A DNA stretch of 64,000 nt, taken from positions 736,001-800,000 of the forward strand of contig CAWJQI010000004.1 in the NCBI GenBank assembly GCA_963845085.1. Direction: 5' to 3'. Numbering within the stretch: the first letter of the stretch is position 1; every line of letters starts with the position of its first letter. Below the pieces are notes generated by a model that was given only the letters and a program-made list of their open reading frames with translations, ran no database searches and was not told the DNA's origin. A program made the position numbers and the translations under genes. Shown here piece after piece: positions 48,784 through 59,962 of this stretch. The stretch is from Candidatus Fermentibacterota bacterium (GTDB taxonomy: Bacteria > Fermentibacterota > Fermentibacteria > Fermentibacterales > JCC-6).

Positions 48784-50330
48784 AACGGGATGTTCCCATG
48801 CTTCTTGGCGGGAATCTCCTGCCTCTTGCCCTGAAGCATCTCAAGGCTCTTGATGACCCGGAAGCGGGTTTCCCCAGGCATGATCACGGCATCGATATAG
48901 CCACGGGAGGCGGCATCGTACGGGTTTGCGAACTTGTCGCGGTACTCCTTGACCAGTTCGGCCCTCCGGGCCTCGACGTCAGTGGATGAGGCAAGCTCGT
49001 TGCGGAAGATGATGTTGACTGCGCCTTCGGGACCCATCACGGCGATCTCCGCGGAAGGCCAGGCGAAGTTGACATCGCTTCTCAGGTGCTTGGAACTCAT
49101 GACGTCGTATGCGCCGCCGTAAGCCTTTCTCGTGATCACGGTGATCTTCGGTACAGTGGCTTCGGCATATGCGTAAAGAAGCTTTGCGCCGTTGCGGATT
49201 ATGCCGCCGTACTCCTGCTTCGTCCCGGGCATGAACCCCGGAACATCCACGAAGGTGAGAAGCGGCACGTTGAATGCATCACAAAACCTCACAAAGCGGG
49301 CTGCCTTTACGCTGGCATCGATGTCAAGCACACCGGCAAGGAAGCTGGGCTGGTTGGCAACGATCCCGACCGGCTTTCCGTTCATCCTGCCGAACCCGAT
49401 TATGATGTTCTGAGCGTACGCCCTTTGTATCTCGAGGAATTCGCCGTGGTCGATCACTGCGGAGATGACCTTCCGCATGTCGTAGGGTTTGTTCGGGTTC
49501 TCCGGAACGAAATCGTCCAGCCATTCCTCGGATCTGTCCGGGGAGTCGCTGCATGGAATCGTCACGGGATCCTCCATGTTGTTCTGCGGTATGTAGCTGA
49601 AAAGCTTTCTGACAAGGAGCAGGGCTTCCCTTTCATCCTTGCAGACGATGTGGGAGACGCCGCTTCTCTGGCTGTGGACGAACGGGCCGCCCAGTTCGTC
49701 CTTCGTTACATCCTCGCCCGTAACGGCCCGAACCACGTCGGGTCCGGTGACGAACATGTAGCTGGTGTTCTCGACCATTATGGTGAAGTCGGTTATGGCC
49801 GGGCTGTAGACCGCCCCGCCGGCACAGGGGCCGAGGATGACACTGATCTGGGGCACGACGCCGGAGTACAAAACGTTCTTCAGGAAGATGTCACCGTAAC
49901 CTGCAAGGCTCTCTATCCCTTCCTGGATGCGGGCGCCGCCGGAGTCGTTGAGGCCTATCAGAGGAGCGCCGTTCTGGGCCGCCATGTCCATGACCTTCTT
50001 GATCTTTTCCGCGAAGGTCTCGGAAAGCGACCCGCCGAAAACGGTAAAATCCTGGCTGAACACGTAGACAAGCCTGCCGTCTATCGTTCCGTAGCCGGTG
50101 ACCACTCCGTCGCCCAGGTACTTCTGTTTGTCCAGCCCGAAATTGGTTGAACGATGGGTCTTGAGCATGTCGAATTCTTCAAAGCTGCCGTCATCCAGGA
50201 GGATTTCAAGCCTTTCCCGGGCGGTAAGGCTTCCCTGAGAGTGCTGCTTCTCGATCCGCTTCTCCCCGCCGCCCTGCAGGGCCAGTTCCCTGAGCTGCTG
50301 CAGTTTTACATTCCTGTCAATTGAGTCCAT
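48780..50330 (-). CDS. mmdA: Methylmalonyl-CoA decarboxylase alpha (carboxyltransferase)
   Basis: [38 protein letters not shown]. Confidence 0.92.
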   Translation of the reverse strand: MDSIDRNVKLQQLRELALQGGGEKRIEKQHSQGSLTARERLEILLDDGSFEEFDMLKTHRSTNFGLDKQKYLGDGVVTGYGTIDGRLVYVFSQDFTVFGGSLSETFAEKIKKVMDMAAQNGAPLIGLNDSGGARIQEGIESLAGYGDIFLKNVLYSGVVPQISVILGPCAGGAVYSPAITDFTIMVENTSYMFVTGPDVVRAVTGEDVTKDELGGPFVHSQRSGVSHIVCKDEREALLLVRKLFSYIPQNNMEDPVTIPCSDSPDRSEEWLDDFVPENPNKPYDMRKVISAVIDHGEFLEIQRAYAQNIIIGFGRMNGKPVGIVANQPSFLAGVLDIDASVKAARFVRFCDAFNVPLLTFVDVPGFMPGTKQEYGGIIRNGAKLLYAYAEATVPKITVITRKAYGGAYDVMSSKHLRSDVNFAWPSAEIAVMGPEGAVNIIFRNELASSTDVEARRAELVKEYRDKFANPYDAASRGYIDAVIMPGETRFRVIKSLEMLQGKRQEIPAKKHGNIPL

Positions 50331-50348
50331 CTATGAAGAACCCTTCCT

Positions 50349-50750
50349 TCAGTGCTGGCAGAGTTCAGTGAGAACCTTGCCGCTGGCCCTGGGGTGAATG
50401 AATGCAATTCTGGTACCGCCGGCTCCCGGTCTCGGTGTGGTGTCAATCATATTCACACCGGCTTCAACAAGCTCGTTTACCGAACCTGCGGCATCGGATA
50501 CCGAGTAGGCGATATGATGCACGCCCTGCCCTTTTGCCTCAAGGAATGCCGCTATCGGGCTGTCAGGCGCGGTCGGCTCGAGCAGCTCGATCCGGGATCC
50601 GCCCACGGCGAACATGGCGACCTTCACTTTCTGGGAAGGCACCTCCTCGATGCCAAGGAACTCGAGCCCCAGCACGTCACGGTAGAAGACGGCCGCCTCC
50701 TCGAGGTTCGGAACGGCTATGCCGATGTGGTCAATTCTGTTGATCTTCAT
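50349..50750 (-). CDS. mce: Methylmalonyl-CoA epimerase
   Basis: IDHIGIAV, IELLEP, GVHHIAY, FIHP...LTEL. Confidence 0.92.
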   Translation of the reverse strand: MKINRIDHIGIAVPNLEEAAVFYRDVLGLEFLGIEEVPSQKVKVAMFAVGGSRIELLEPTAPDSPIAAFLEAKGQGVHHIAYSVSDAAGSVNELVEAGVNMIDTTPRPGAGGTRIAFIHPRASGKVLTELCQH

Positions 50751-51699
50751 TGCAGCCAATCATCCTTTCAGCGATGAGGGCAAGCTTTCGACCGATCTCG
50801 TACGGAGTGGCCGCCCCGCCGGATATTTCGTCGAGAATGCTCTCCACCGGGCCAAACTCTTTTTCAAGCAGCATCTCCGCAAATCGGGCGCCGTTCTCCG
50901 CAACCACCCCGTGAAGTATCCTTCTTGTGTTCTCAAGCCGCCGCGTACCCGGGTCGATCGCGGAGAGAAGGCTGTCCATGATTTCCCACAGCCCTTCCAG
51001 CCCCTCTCCTGAAACCGAGGATACCCTCACCACCTTCGGGCGGGGTCTGCCCCGTGGCACAAGCTCAAGAGAAGCGGAAACAGCGCTTTCAAGCTGATCC
51101 ATCCCAGGCCGGTCCGCCTTGTTGAGAACAATGAGGTCGCCAATCTCCATGATGCCCGCCTTCATGGCCTGAACCTCGTCACCGGCCCCCGGTACCAGAA
51201 CAAGAACGGTAAGGTCGGCAACTTCGGCGATCTCGACCTCGGCCTGACCGACCCCGACAGTCTCAATAAAAACGGGGTCGAAACCCGCCGCCGCCATTAC
51301 AAGCGCAGCATCGCGTGTGGCACCGGAAAGCCCGCCGAGGTGCCCCCTGCTGCCCATGCTTCTGATGAATACGCCAGGGTCGGTGGCATGGGACTGCATC
51401 CGCAGCCTGTCACCAAGGAGCGCCCCCCCTGTGAAGGGGGAGGAAGGGTCAACAGCGATCACACCAACCCTTGCGCCCCCGGCGCGAAAACGGGTGATCA
51501 TCCTGTCGAGAAGCGTGCTCTTGCCGGCACCGGGAGGGCCTGTCACTCCTATCACGCGATGGAAGGGAACGCGCTGAAAGAGGGAATGAAGGAGTTCGAC
51601 AGCCTGGGGCAAGCCGTTCTCGACCATGCTGAGCCCCCGCGCAACCGCACGCACCTCACACCTGATGATTGCCTCTGCAAGGGCGTAAACGGAAGGCAT
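50731..51699 (-). CDS. meaB: Methylmalonyl-CoA mutase-associated GTPase
   Basis: GPPGAGKST, DPSSPFTGGALLGDR, ETVGVGQ.E, NKAD. Confidence 0.92.
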   Translation of the reverse strand: MPSVYALAEAIIRCEVRAVARGLSMVENGLPQAVELLHSLFQRVPFHRVIGVTGPPGAGKSTLLDRMITRFRAGGARVGVIAVDPSSPFTGGALLGDRLRMQSHATDPGVFIRSMGSRGHLGGLSGATRDAALVMAAAGFDPVFIETVGVGQAEVEIAEVADLTVLVLVPGAGDEVQAMKAGIMEIGDLIVLNKADRPGMDQLESAVSASLELVPRGRPRPKVVRVSSVSGEGLEGLWEIMDSLLSAIDPGTRRLENTRRILHGVVAENGARFAEMLLEKEFGPVESILDEISGGAATPYEIGRKLALIAERMIGCNEDQQN

Positions 51700-51703
51700 C
51701 GAA

Positions 51704-52105
51704 TCAGCTTCTGTTCTTCTGTTCGGCCTCGATGAAGGAAACGACGTCGGATGCGGGAGTGCCGGGCGTGAAAATGGCCTTGAAGCCTGCTTCTTTAAGA
51801 CCGGGAATGTCCTCTTCCGGGATAACGCCGCCACCGAACAGAACGATGTCGCCCGCACCCTTTTCCTTCAGAATGCGCGCAACCTCGGGGAACAGGTGAT
51901 TGTGGGCCCCCGAGAGAAGGGAAAGCCCAACGAAATCAACATCCTCCTGAACGGCCGCATCCGCAATAGCTTCCGGCGTCTGGCGGATGCCAGTGTAAAT
52001 CACTTCCATGCCGGCATCCCGAAGCGCCCGCGCGATGTACTTGGCTCCCCTGTCATGCCCGTCAAGGCCGGGTTTGCCGATAAGAACCCTTATCCTGCGA
52101 TCCAT
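51704..52105 (-). CDS. Cobalamin-binding subunit of acyl-CoA mutase
   Basis: [18 protein letters not shown]. Confidence 0.92.
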   Translation of the reverse strand: MDRRIRVLIGKPGLDGHDRGAKYIARALRDAGMEVIYTGIRQTPEAIADAAVQEDVDFVGLSLLSGAHNHLFPEVARILKEKGAGDIVLFGGGVIPEEDIPGLKEAGFKAIFTPGTPASDVVSFIEAEQKNRS

Positions 52106-52285
52106 GGATGCCTCTTTTCGATTGTGGGGAGTTTCCGCTCCGGAAGGTTTCCGTATAATGCATAATATCTTCAAAGCCGGCTTTTCTGTAAAGTTGCCGC
52201 CCTTTTTCAAAACTGGCCGGGGAACAATATTACCGGCGTATCGGTACTCTCTGATCGTGCCACAAATGAAAAGGATTGGTTTAGA

Positions 52286-52750
52286 ATGAAGTATGCAGCG
52301 ATGCTTGCAGTGTTTGCCTCGTCCATGGCTTTTGCGGTTGTCGCGCCGGAATCGGTCGCAGGCTATCTCGACCAGATCAACGCCACTTACGAGCAGGAGG
52401 GTGATGTATTCTTCATCACTCAGACCGATGAGACGACAGGCGATGCATATGCCATTTTCTACATCGAGGTGAATGCGGAGATGGAAGCCTGCTTCATGGC
52501 CGGCCCAACCCCGGGAGTCGTGCCGTCAGAGGGAGCGGGAAGGCTTGCCGCCCTTGAGCTCATGAGCGACCTGAACAGCTCGTATCCCTTTGTGAAGTTC
52601 GAAGCCGATCCCTCGACGGGCGAGATCATGTGCACCTACACCTTCAGCACCGAGAACGGCATGGGTTTTGAAGCTTTCGCAGCGATGGTGAGCGTTATTT
52701 TCAGCACGATCGAGGAAACGGCAGACCAGTTCATTGCCCTGAGGCAGTAG
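52286..52750 (+). CDS. YbjN-like protein with signal peptide
   Basis: Signal [29 protein letters not shown]. Confidence 0.5.
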   Translation: MKYAAMLAVFASSMAFAVVAPESVAGYLDQINATYEQEGDVFFITQTDETTGDAYAIFYIEVNAEMEACFMAGPTPGVVPSEGAGRLAALELMSDLNSSYPFVKFEADPSTGEIMCTYTFSTENGMGFEAFAAMVSVIFSTIEETADQFIALRQ

Positions 52751-52775
52751 GGCCCGGGGGGGCACAGGGGGGAAA

Positions 52776-53810
52776 ATGTACGGCAGTATAGCGATATGCT
52801 CCGGCAGGGCCAGCACCGGGTTGTGCCGAAGTGTCTGCAGGATTCTTGGCATCGAACCTGAACCCGTCGAGTTTCACCAGTTCTCCAACGGCAACATGAT
52901 GGTGAACTTTCCGGGCGGCACGGTGAGGGAAAAGGATGTTTTCATAATCCAGTCCGGAGAGCGCTCGATCCTGCAGGACAAGACGGATTCCTACAGGACC
53001 GTGTCGGGTGACATCCTCGAGATGCTTCAGATGATCAGTGCCCTGAAGGACAGCGCAGGAAGGCTCACGGCGGTGACCCCGTACTTCCCGTACGCCCGAA
53101 GCGACAAGAAGGACAAACCCCGCATCGCGATCACCTCGAAGATGATGTTCGACCTCATCGCTGCGGTTGGCGCCCACCGTGTGCTCGCCATGACCCTTCA
53201 CTGCCCCCAGAGCCAGGGTTTCAGCAATATCCCCGTCGACCAGCTGCATGCCTACACGGTTTTCATCAATCGGATACTCGGCATGGGAAATGAAAAGCTC
53301 GCTTTCATTGCGCCCGACTCGGGCAGCATTCTCGACAACGATTTTCTCGCCCTGCACGCCGCCAAGGGCATAAGGGATGCGGGAGGATCCCCCGACATCA
53401 CCACCGGTTACGTAAAAAAGGTGAGGGTCGACGACAGCGAGAAGCCCCTTGTCAGAACGGTCGAGGGTGTTGACGATCTGAGTGACAGAACGGTGATCAT
53501 GAGCGATGACGAGATCCTCAGCGGTCGAAGCCTCATCCTCTGCGCCGAGACGGCCAAGTCAAAAGGCGCCCGTGAGATATATGCGTTCAGCACACATGCC
53601 ATCCTGAGCGGGGATGCAGTGAAGAGCATCGAGGCAAGCCCGATCACAAGGCTTTACATCACCGACACAGTCGAGTTCAACAAGGAGGAGGCCGAGAAGG
53701 TCAACGGAGGCCCTCTCTCCAAGATTGAAACCCTCTCGGTGGCACACATTTTTGCCGAGGCCATCAAAAGGATCCACCAGGGCAGAAGCCTCAGCTCGCT
53801 TTACCTCTGA
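52776..53810 (+). CDS. prs: Ribose-phosphate pyrophosphokinase (divergent)
   Basis: PYFPYARSDKK..PR, LH.PQ.QGF, THAI.SG, EAIKRIH.G.SLS.LY. Confidence 0.85.
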   Translation: MYGSIAICSGRASTGLCRSVCRILGIEPEPVEFHQFSNGNMMVNFPGGTVREKDVFIIQSGERSILQDKTDSYRTVSGDILEMLQMISALKDSAGRLTAVTPYFPYARSDKKDKPRIAITSKMMFDLIAAVGAHRVLAMTLHCPQSQGFSNIPVDQLHAYTVFINRILGMGNEKLAFIAPDSGSILDNDFLALHAAKGIRDAGGSPDITTGYVKKVRVDDSEKPLVRTVEGVDDLSDRTVIMSDDEILSGRSLILCAETAKSKGAREIYAFSTHAILSGDAVKSIEASPITRLYITDTVEFNKEEAEKVNGGPLSKIETLSVAHIFAEAIKRIHQGRSLSSLYL

Positions 53811-54157
53811 TGAAAAGGCTCGACTTCGATGATCACAGCGATCAAAGGGGCTTTGTTGTAAACCCTTTCGAAGGGTTGTGCGACACGGGGTGTGTGACGA
53901 ACTGCCACGCCTTTTCAATCCACCCCGGCTGCCTTCGCGGAGGACACGCCCACGGTGACAGGAACGAGAAGGTCCTTGTCCTCTCGGGGGGTATTGCAGT
54001 CGTCACGGAAGGGCTCGAGGAGTGTTTCCATGCGCCGGCGTTCTTCGAGATCGGCCCGGGTGAACACCACAGCTTCCGGTGCCTCGGCGACCTGCCGGCA
54101 GCGGTTCTCTGCTGGAGCGACAGCTTCCCTGATCTGCCGGATCAGCTCTCGGGATAA
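53810..54157 (+). CDS. Cupin, FdtA/WxcM-like
   Basis: HSDQRG, PG..RGGH.H, E...V..G, H.F. Confidence 0.6.
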   Translation: MKRLDFDDHSDQRGFVVNPFEGLCDTGCVTNCHAFSIHPGCLRGGHAHGDRNEKVLVLSGGIAVVTEGLEECFHAPAFFEIGPGEHHSFRCLGDLPAAVLCWSDSFPDLPDQLSG

Positions 54158-55311
54158 GCGTTCCTGATGTCCCACAGCTCCTGAACCATCGACAGGAACG
54201 GCTCCTTCAACCCCGGGTCGAACTTCCTTCCGAACAGGGGTCTCATCGTTTCGACGGTTCTGTACAGGTCCCAGGGATCCTTGTAGCACCGCCGGCTTCC
54301 CAGGGCATCGAAAACGTCGGCCACGGCAGTTATTCGTGCCCAGAAGGAGATGCCCTCCTTCGAGTCACCCCCCGGGTAACCCGTGCCGTCCCAGTTCTCG
54401 TGGTGTCCGATGGCAATATCCCTTGCCATCTCGTCAAAGGATGTTTCGCACTTGTCCAGTATGCCCGCACCTATCGTACAATGACTCTCCATTATCAGGC
54501 GTTCGTCCCTGGTGAGCGGCCCCGGTTTCTTGAGAATGCTGTCGGCTATGCCCACTTTTCCCACGTCATGAAGCATGGCGGCCATCCGTAGAACATCCCT
54601 GTTTTCCGCCCTTTCCGCTTCGGGAACCGCATTTCGAGAAGCCCATGAGTCGTAGAGTGAGAGGGCGTACGCCCCCACCCTGTTGACATGGGGGCCGGTT
54701 TCCCTTGGATCCCGCAGCTCGGCCATGTTTATCATCCTCAGCAGAAGCGTCCGTGTCATCATAGCTCGCTCGAGGGCAATCGCGGCCATGGTGGCGAAGT
54801 GACGGGCGAACAGGATCACATCCCCTTCGAATGTCACGGGGTTGCCGCCGCCGTCCAGTGAATTGATCAGCTGAAGAACCCCCACTATTTTGTGCCTGGT
54901 GTTGCACAGCGGAAGGGTGAGGCTGGAAACGGTACGGTAGCCCGCGGCTTTGTCGTACTGGTTGTCAAATTGGTACGGGGAATCTACGGGTATTCTGCCC
55001 ACGTCAGGGATGGACAGCATTTCGCCGGTTGCCGCCACAAAGCCCGCCATGCTGCGGGTGTTTATCGGAACCGTGAAGCGCGTGTAGGGGATTCTTTCGC
55101 CCCTGGCGACAAGGGTGTCGTTCTGGGCGTGCCTGAAGTACAGCGTGTTCCCCTCGCGGGTGTAAACCGAACCGGCGTCGGCCCTCGTGGCCAGCCTGGC
55201 CTCGAGGAGGACCTTCTCAAGCAGCACGTCTATGTCCCCGATGTCGTTCAGAACGCTGTCAACCTGAAGAACGCCGTGCAGCCTGTCCTGCCCCTCCCCG
55301 GGTTCCATCAT
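54142..55311 (-). CDS. GAF + HD-GYP c-di-GMP phosphodiesterase
   Basis: ETGPHV.RV, LHDVGK, HHENWDGTGYP, ADVFDAL. Confidence 0.9.
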   Translation of the reverse strand: MMEPGEGQDRLHGVLQVDSVLNDIGDIDVLLEKVLLEARLATRADAGSVYTREGNTLYFRHAQNDTLVARGERIPYTRFTVPINTRSMAGFVAATGEMLSIPDVGRIPVDSPYQFDNQYDKAAGYRTVSSLTLPLCNTRHKIVGVLQLINSLDGGGNPVTFEGDVILFARHFATMAAIALERAMMTRTLLLRMINMAELRDPRETGPHVNRVGAYALSLYDSWASRNAVPEAERAENRDVLRMAAMLHDVGKVGIADSILKKPGPLTRDERLIMESHCTIGAGILDKCETSFDEMARDIAIGHHENWDGTGYPGGDSKEGISFWARITAVADVFDALGSRRCYKDPWDLYRTVETMRPLFGRKFDPGLKEPFLSMVQELWDIRNAYPES

Positions 55312-57224
55312 CCCTCCTCCAGCACTTCCCTGATCCGCGCCGCAAGCTCCGATGTGCTGTACGGTTTCGGGATGAAATTGATGCCCTTCTCCAGCACTCC
55401 CTGCCTCGCGATAATGTCTTCGGAATAGCCGGAGGTGAAAAGAACCTTCATCGCCGGCCTCTCCTTCTTCAGGTTCCCGGCAAGAGCCCTTCCGCCGAGA
55501 ACGGGCATCACCACATCAACGAGAAGAAGCTGAATGTCACCGTGGAACTCCCTTGAGAGCTCCTGCGCCTGCAAACCTCCCGCAGCGGACAACACCTTGT
55601 AGCCAAGGCTTGCCAGAGCCTTCTCAGCGATGGATCTGACCATGTCGTCATCCTCGACGAGCAGCACTGTCTCGCTGCCGCCCCTGTTGACAGGAAGAGC
55701 GAAGGCGGAGTCGCCCTCGTCCAACCCCCGGGGCACCCTGGGAAGAAGTACCCTGAAGATGGAGCCCTCGCCGGGAGCACTGCTCACCATCACGTGTCCG
55801 TGATGCTGGCGGACGATTCCGAAAACCGTCGACAGCCCCAATCCGGTTCCCTCACCGGTTTTTTTCGTCGTGAAAAATGGTTCGAAGATCCTGTCCCGTG
55901 TGGCTTCGTCCATTCCGCAGCCGTCGTCCCGTACGAAAAGCTCGTAGAACCCGTCCCTGGATAGCTCTTCCATTTCCTCACCGGTCTGATCCGGAAGCGT
56001 CTCGGGAACACCCGTGCCGATGGTGATGCATCCCCCCGGCGACACGGCGTCCCTGGCATTCACAACGAGGTTGATGACCACCTGTTCAAGTTGACCGGGG
56101 TCGACCAGCACGAATCCCGCGTTCTCATCGAGCTTCCAGATCAGGTTGACATCGTCTCCGAGAATACGGCCTATCATCCGGTCCAACTCGCCCAGGGCCC
56201 TGTTCAGGTCGACCGGTTTCGGCTCGATGATCTGCTTTCTGCTGAAGGCGAGAAGCTGCCTTGTGAGCCTTGCCGCCTTTTCCCCCGCCTTGACTATGTC
56301 TTCAAGTGCATGGTTTATCTCGGGTGAGCCGGGCGGTTCGCCGGCCGCCATCGATGCATTGCCGATGATTGCCGTGAGCAGGTTGTTGAAATCGTGGGCA
56401 ATACCGCCTGCAAGCCTCCCCACGGTTTCCATCCTCTCGGCATGCCTCAGCCTGGCTTCAAGCGCGTCCTTCTCCCTGCTCAGGTTCTCGATCCGCTGCA
56501 TTTCGTCCCTGAGAACCTGGTTGGCGTGAAGAAGCTCCCGGGTCCTCTCCCCGATGCGCGTTTCAAGGTTCCTGTTCGAGGCTGCCACCATTGCCTTCTC
56601 AAGGGAAAGGCTCCACTGGAGGGCAAAGTTCTGCCTTTTGACCGACTCGAGCCTGCGGCAGGCAACCATTCCGATGATGCTCATGCTTGTGAAGAAGAAA
56701 CTGTTCAGAACCGATATCTCCGCGGGCGACGGTACCAGCACATGGTTGATGGCTATGAAGCCTGCGAATATCAGCACCCATCCCAGAAATGCCCAGAACA
56801 GCCGCAACCCGGGAAAGATGAAAAGGCTTATCACGACAAGCAGAAGCCCGGAATGGTACGAGGTGCGGATGACGCTGTTTCCGGAGACGATCATGGCCAT
56901 GATGCCGGAGGCACCCAGAACCATCATGAACGCGATGACAGGCTGGTGCACCCTCTCGAACCAGCGCGCAGGGCTGATCAGGAAGAACAGAAGAACGAAC
57001 GGCATTACGATTGCGAACCTGATCAACAGAAATTCGCCTGCGCTTCCCGGGTCGACATGTTGGTCGAGAAACGCGAACATGCCGTACAACCCGGCAAGAA
57101 CAGCCATGAAGGCCCTGATTCTGGGAAGCGACCTTCGGAAGTCATCCGCCCGGAACTGCTTCTCCACCGGCCTCCACTCCCCGGTGAAGTCCAGTGTGAG
57201 GGGATGTAACCGAAGCGGCTGCAT
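55308..57224 (-). CDS. Membrane hybrid histidine kinase (HisKA-HATPase-REC)
   Basis: AHDFNNLL, NLVVNARDA, FEPFFTTK, GTGLGL, LLVEDD. Confidence 0.92.
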   Translation of the reverse strand: MQPLRLHPLTLDFTGEWRPVEKQFRADDFRRSLPRIRAFMAVLAGLYGMFAFLDQHVDPGSAGEFLLIRFAIVMPFVLLFFLISPARWFERVHQPVIAFMMVLGASGIMAMIVSGNSVIRTSYHSGLLLVVISLFIFPGLRLFWAFLGWVLIFAGFIAINHVLVPSPAEISVLNSFFFTSMSIIGMVACRRLESVKRQNFALQWSLSLEKAMVAASNRNLETRIGERTRELLHANQVLRDEMQRIENLSREKDALEARLRHAERMETVGRLAGGIAHDFNNLLTAIIGNASMAAGEPPGSPEINHALEDIVKAGEKAARLTRQLLAFSRKQIIEPKPVDLNRALGELDRMIGRILGDDVNLIWKLDENAGFVLVDPGQLEQVVINLVVNARDAVSPGGCITIGTGVPETLPDQTGEEMEELSRDGFYELFVRDDGCGMDEATRDRIFEPFFTTKKTGEGTGLGLSTVFGIVRQHHGHVMVSSAPGEGSIFRVLLPRVPRGLDEGDSAFALPVNRGGSETVLLVEDDDMVRSIAEKALASLGYKVLSAAGGLQAQELSREFHGDIQLLLVDVVMPVLGGRALAGNLKKERPAMKVLFTSGYSEDIIARQGVLEKGINFIPKPYSTSELAARIREVLEEG

Positions 57225-57237
57225 CAGCCTGTCGCTC

Positions 57238-57561
57238 TCACCCTTCCATCTCCCTGGGGTGAGGGGTCTTCACGACAAGGAACGTTGCACCGGACCCCGA
57301 GTCGTTGACAATCCGCATCGCCGTTCTGAAGGCAACCGGCAGCAGATCGCCCGCCGACATCTCCGTCTTGACCCCGTCAAGCTCCACCTGCACGGTTCCC
57401 GCGAGCACAAGCAGGTGAACGTTGGAGTTCGCCTTGTGAAGGGGAACCTCCTGCCCCGGAAGCAGCGCGATCTGCATCAGAAGCAGATGACTCTGGTCGA
57501 CCAGCGCGCTTCTGCCGAAGCCTTCGCTTTCGTACGGGGCTTCGGAAACAAGGTTCTTCAC
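57238..57561 (-). CDS. Cupin domain protein
   Basis: PGQEVPLH, VLAG.V. Confidence 0.7.
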   Translation of the reverse strand: MKNLVSEAPYESEGFGRSALVDQSHLLLMQIALLPGQEVPLHKANSNVHLLVLAGTVQVELDGVKTEMSAGDLLPVAFRTAMRIVNDSGSGATFLVVKTPHPREMEG

Positions 57562-58157
57562 TTTTCCTCCTTCGACAGGTGGGGGACCGCCCTGCCCCGG
57601 CGAAACGCCTCGATGTTGACGGCAAGGGCCTTCTGAGGAACGCGCTCTTCGATCGCCCGTTCCCAGTCCGGCACGGCAATGCTCGCGATGAGAGCCGATG
57701 CGGCGCCAAGCAGGGCCACGTTGACCACCTTGAAGTTGTCGAGCTCCCTTGCTATTGAAAGCACGGGGACTTCAGTGCAGGGAATGCCGCGATCGTGAAT
57801 GATCGCGTCCACATCGGGGTACTCCGCGGATCCGGTGTTGACAGTCATCGGGTTGATCCGGATGTCGGCCGATACAAGCCTTCCCGTCGGGGAAAGAAAG
57901 TGCGCCCAGCGAAGCCCCTCCATTTTTTCGAGAGCGATCACCATGTCGGCGGTTCCCTGTTCCACGAGAACGCTGTAAACCTTCCGGCCGAAGCGGACAT
58001 GGCTGGACACGCTTCCGCCGCGCTGCGCCATACCGTGAACTTCGCTCTTCTTCACATCGAAACCGCTGTAGCAGGCGGCTGCGCAAATGACCTCGCTGGC
58101 GAGCAGTATCCCCTGACCACCGGTTCCGCAAAGGATGATGTTCGTAGTTCCATCCAT
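57558..58157 (-). CDS. iorB: Indolepyruvate:ferredoxin oxidoreductase beta
   Basis: GTGGQG, SEVHGMAQRGGSV. Confidence 0.92.
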   Translation of the reverse strand: MDGTTNIILCGTGGQGILLASEVICAAACYSGFDVKKSEVHGMAQRGGSVSSHVRFGRKVYSVLVEQGTADMVIALEKMEGLRWAHFLSPTGRLVSADIRINPMTVNTGSAEYPDVDAIIHDRGIPCTEVPVLSIARELDNFKVVNVALLGAASALIASIAVPDWERAIEERVPQKALAVNIEAFRRGRAVPHLSKEEK

Positions 58158-59947
58158 CAGACAACCCCCTCGAGATCCTTGCTCAGGGCGCCTACGGGGC
58201 AGACCTGAACGCACAGGTTGCAGTTGGGCCAGCAGTGCATCTCGCTTACCACCGGAACTTTTTCATCCGCATTCCAGCTTATGGCGGGACATCCCAGCCG
58301 GATGCACGCCCTGCAGTGCACGCACTTCGCGGGATCGTGGACAGCCACCGTCTTGCGCAGGGGTTTGTAGGCCATGATGCATGGCCGCCTGGTTATGATG
58401 ACGCTGAGTTCCTTCGCCGCCGTTTCCTCAACGAGGGCCTTCTTCATCTCTTTAAGGTCATGGGGGTCAACAACTCTCACCCTCCTGACCCCGCACGCCC
58501 TCACCATCTCCACAAGGTCCAGCGCGGGTGCAGGCTCACCCCGAAGGTTCCGGCCTGTAGCAGGGTTCTGCTGCCCGCCGGTCATTGCCGTGAGGCTGTT
58601 GTCCATGATCATCACGGTGCCGGTGTTGCCGTTGTACACCATGTCGATGAGACCAGTGATACCGGAATGGATGAAGGTGGACTCACCGATCGCGGCGACA
58701 AGCCTGGGCATGCCTCCCTCGTCGAGCACTTTCTCGATCCCGGCCAGCACTCCGATGGCCGCGCCCATGCAGACAGTAGTCTCAAGGGCATTGTAGGGAG
58801 GCATGAGACCGAGTGTGTAACAACCAATGTCACCCGTTGAGCTGAATTTCATGCCGGCAAGGGTGTGGAAGGCGCCCCTGTGCGGACAGCCGGGGCAGAG
58901 CGACGGGGGTCTGCCCGGAAGCTCCTCGGGCTTGAAGGGAGGCTTTACGCTGCTTTCGGGCTTCAAAGCCTGCCTGACTATCTCCGGGCTGAACTCGCCC
59001 TCGATTGGCACGAGGTCCTTTCCCCGGGCGTCGACAAGGAATCGGCTTCGTATGCTTTCCTCGAGGAAGGGCTCACCCTCCTCGATCACGATCACACGTG
59101 AAACGGTCTTTATGAACCGGTCTATCAGTTTCCAGGGCAGCGGGTTCGTCATCCCGATCTTCAGAACGCTGGCCTCGGGAAAAACCTCGCGAACGTACTG
59201 GTACGAGATCCCGCTCGTGATGATGCCGACGGAGGGATCACCCGGCTCGATCCGGTTCAGGCTGCTTTCGGCCCCCCACTCCGAGAGTTTTGCAAGCCTT
59301 GCCTCGACCCGGCTGTGCATCTTCTTCGCATGGGCCGGTATGGGCACGCGCTTGGCAATGTCCTTGACATAGCCTTTGACGGGAACCTCCTGCCGACCGG
59401 AAATGCGCACCATGCTTTTCGAATGGCACACCCTCGTTGTCACACGAAGGAGGACCGGAGTGTCGAACTCCTCGCTGATGCGAAAGGCCTCGCGGGTGAA
59501 GTCAAGAGCCTCCTGGCTGTCGGAGGGTTCCAGGATGACGATCTTTGCCGCCCTGCCGATAAGCCTGTTGTCCTGCTCGTTCTGAGAGGAATGCATGCCG
59601 GGGTCGTCGGCGCTGACCACCACGATCCCGCCCGTGGCGCCGATGTAGCTGAGGGTGAAGAGAGGATCGGCGGCAACGTTAAGCCCGACATGCTTCATTG
59701 CGGAAAGCACCCTTGCGCCGGCGAAGCTCGCCCCGGCGACCACCTCGAGCGAAACCTTCTCGTTTGGCGCCCACTGCGCCCTTATTTCCGGGTAATGCTC
59801 GGCGATGGTCTCAAGTATCTCTGTGGACGGAGTTCCGGGGTATGCCGCAGCGAAGTGCACCCCGCATTCCCAGGCGCCCCTCGCGATCGCCTCGTTTCCG
59901 GAGAGGAAAAGGGTTCCCGATCCCTCCTGGTTCAGTTTCTTCCCCAT
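58157..59947 (-). CDS. iorA: Indolepyruvate:ferredoxin oxidoreductase alpha
   Basis: GNEAIARG, YPGTPSTE, KHVGLNVAAD, CPGCPH, GDIGCY, C-terminal ferredoxin. Confidence 0.93.
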   Translation of the reverse strand: MGKKLNQEGSGTLFLSGNEAIARGAWECGVHFAAAYPGTPSTEILETIAEHYPEIRAQWAPNEKVSLEVVAGASFAGARVLSAMKHVGLNVAADPLFTLSYIGATGGIVVVSADDPGMHSSQNEQDNRLIGRAAKIVILEPSDSQEALDFTREAFRISEEFDTPVLLRVTTRVCHSKSMVRISGRQEVPVKGYVKDIAKRVPIPAHAKKMHSRVEARLAKLSEWGAESSLNRIEPGDPSVGIITSGISYQYVREVFPEASVLKIGMTNPLPWKLIDRFIKTVSRVIVIEEGEPFLEESIRSRFLVDARGKDLVPIEGEFSPEIVRQALKPESSVKPPFKPEELPGRPPSLCPGCPHRGAFHTLAGMKFSSTGDIGCYTLGLMPPYNALETTVCMGAAIGVLAGIEKVLDEGGMPRLVAAIGESTFIHSGITGLIDMVYNGNTGTVMIMDNSLTAMTGGQQNPATGRNLRGEPAPALDLVEMVRACGVRRVRVVDPHDLKEMKKALVEETAAKELSVIITRRPCIMAYKPLRKTVAVHDPAKCVHCRACIRLGCPAISWNADEKVPVVSEMHCWPNCNLCVQVCPVGALSKDLEGVV

Positions 59948-59962
59948 TGTCTGCCCTTCCAG

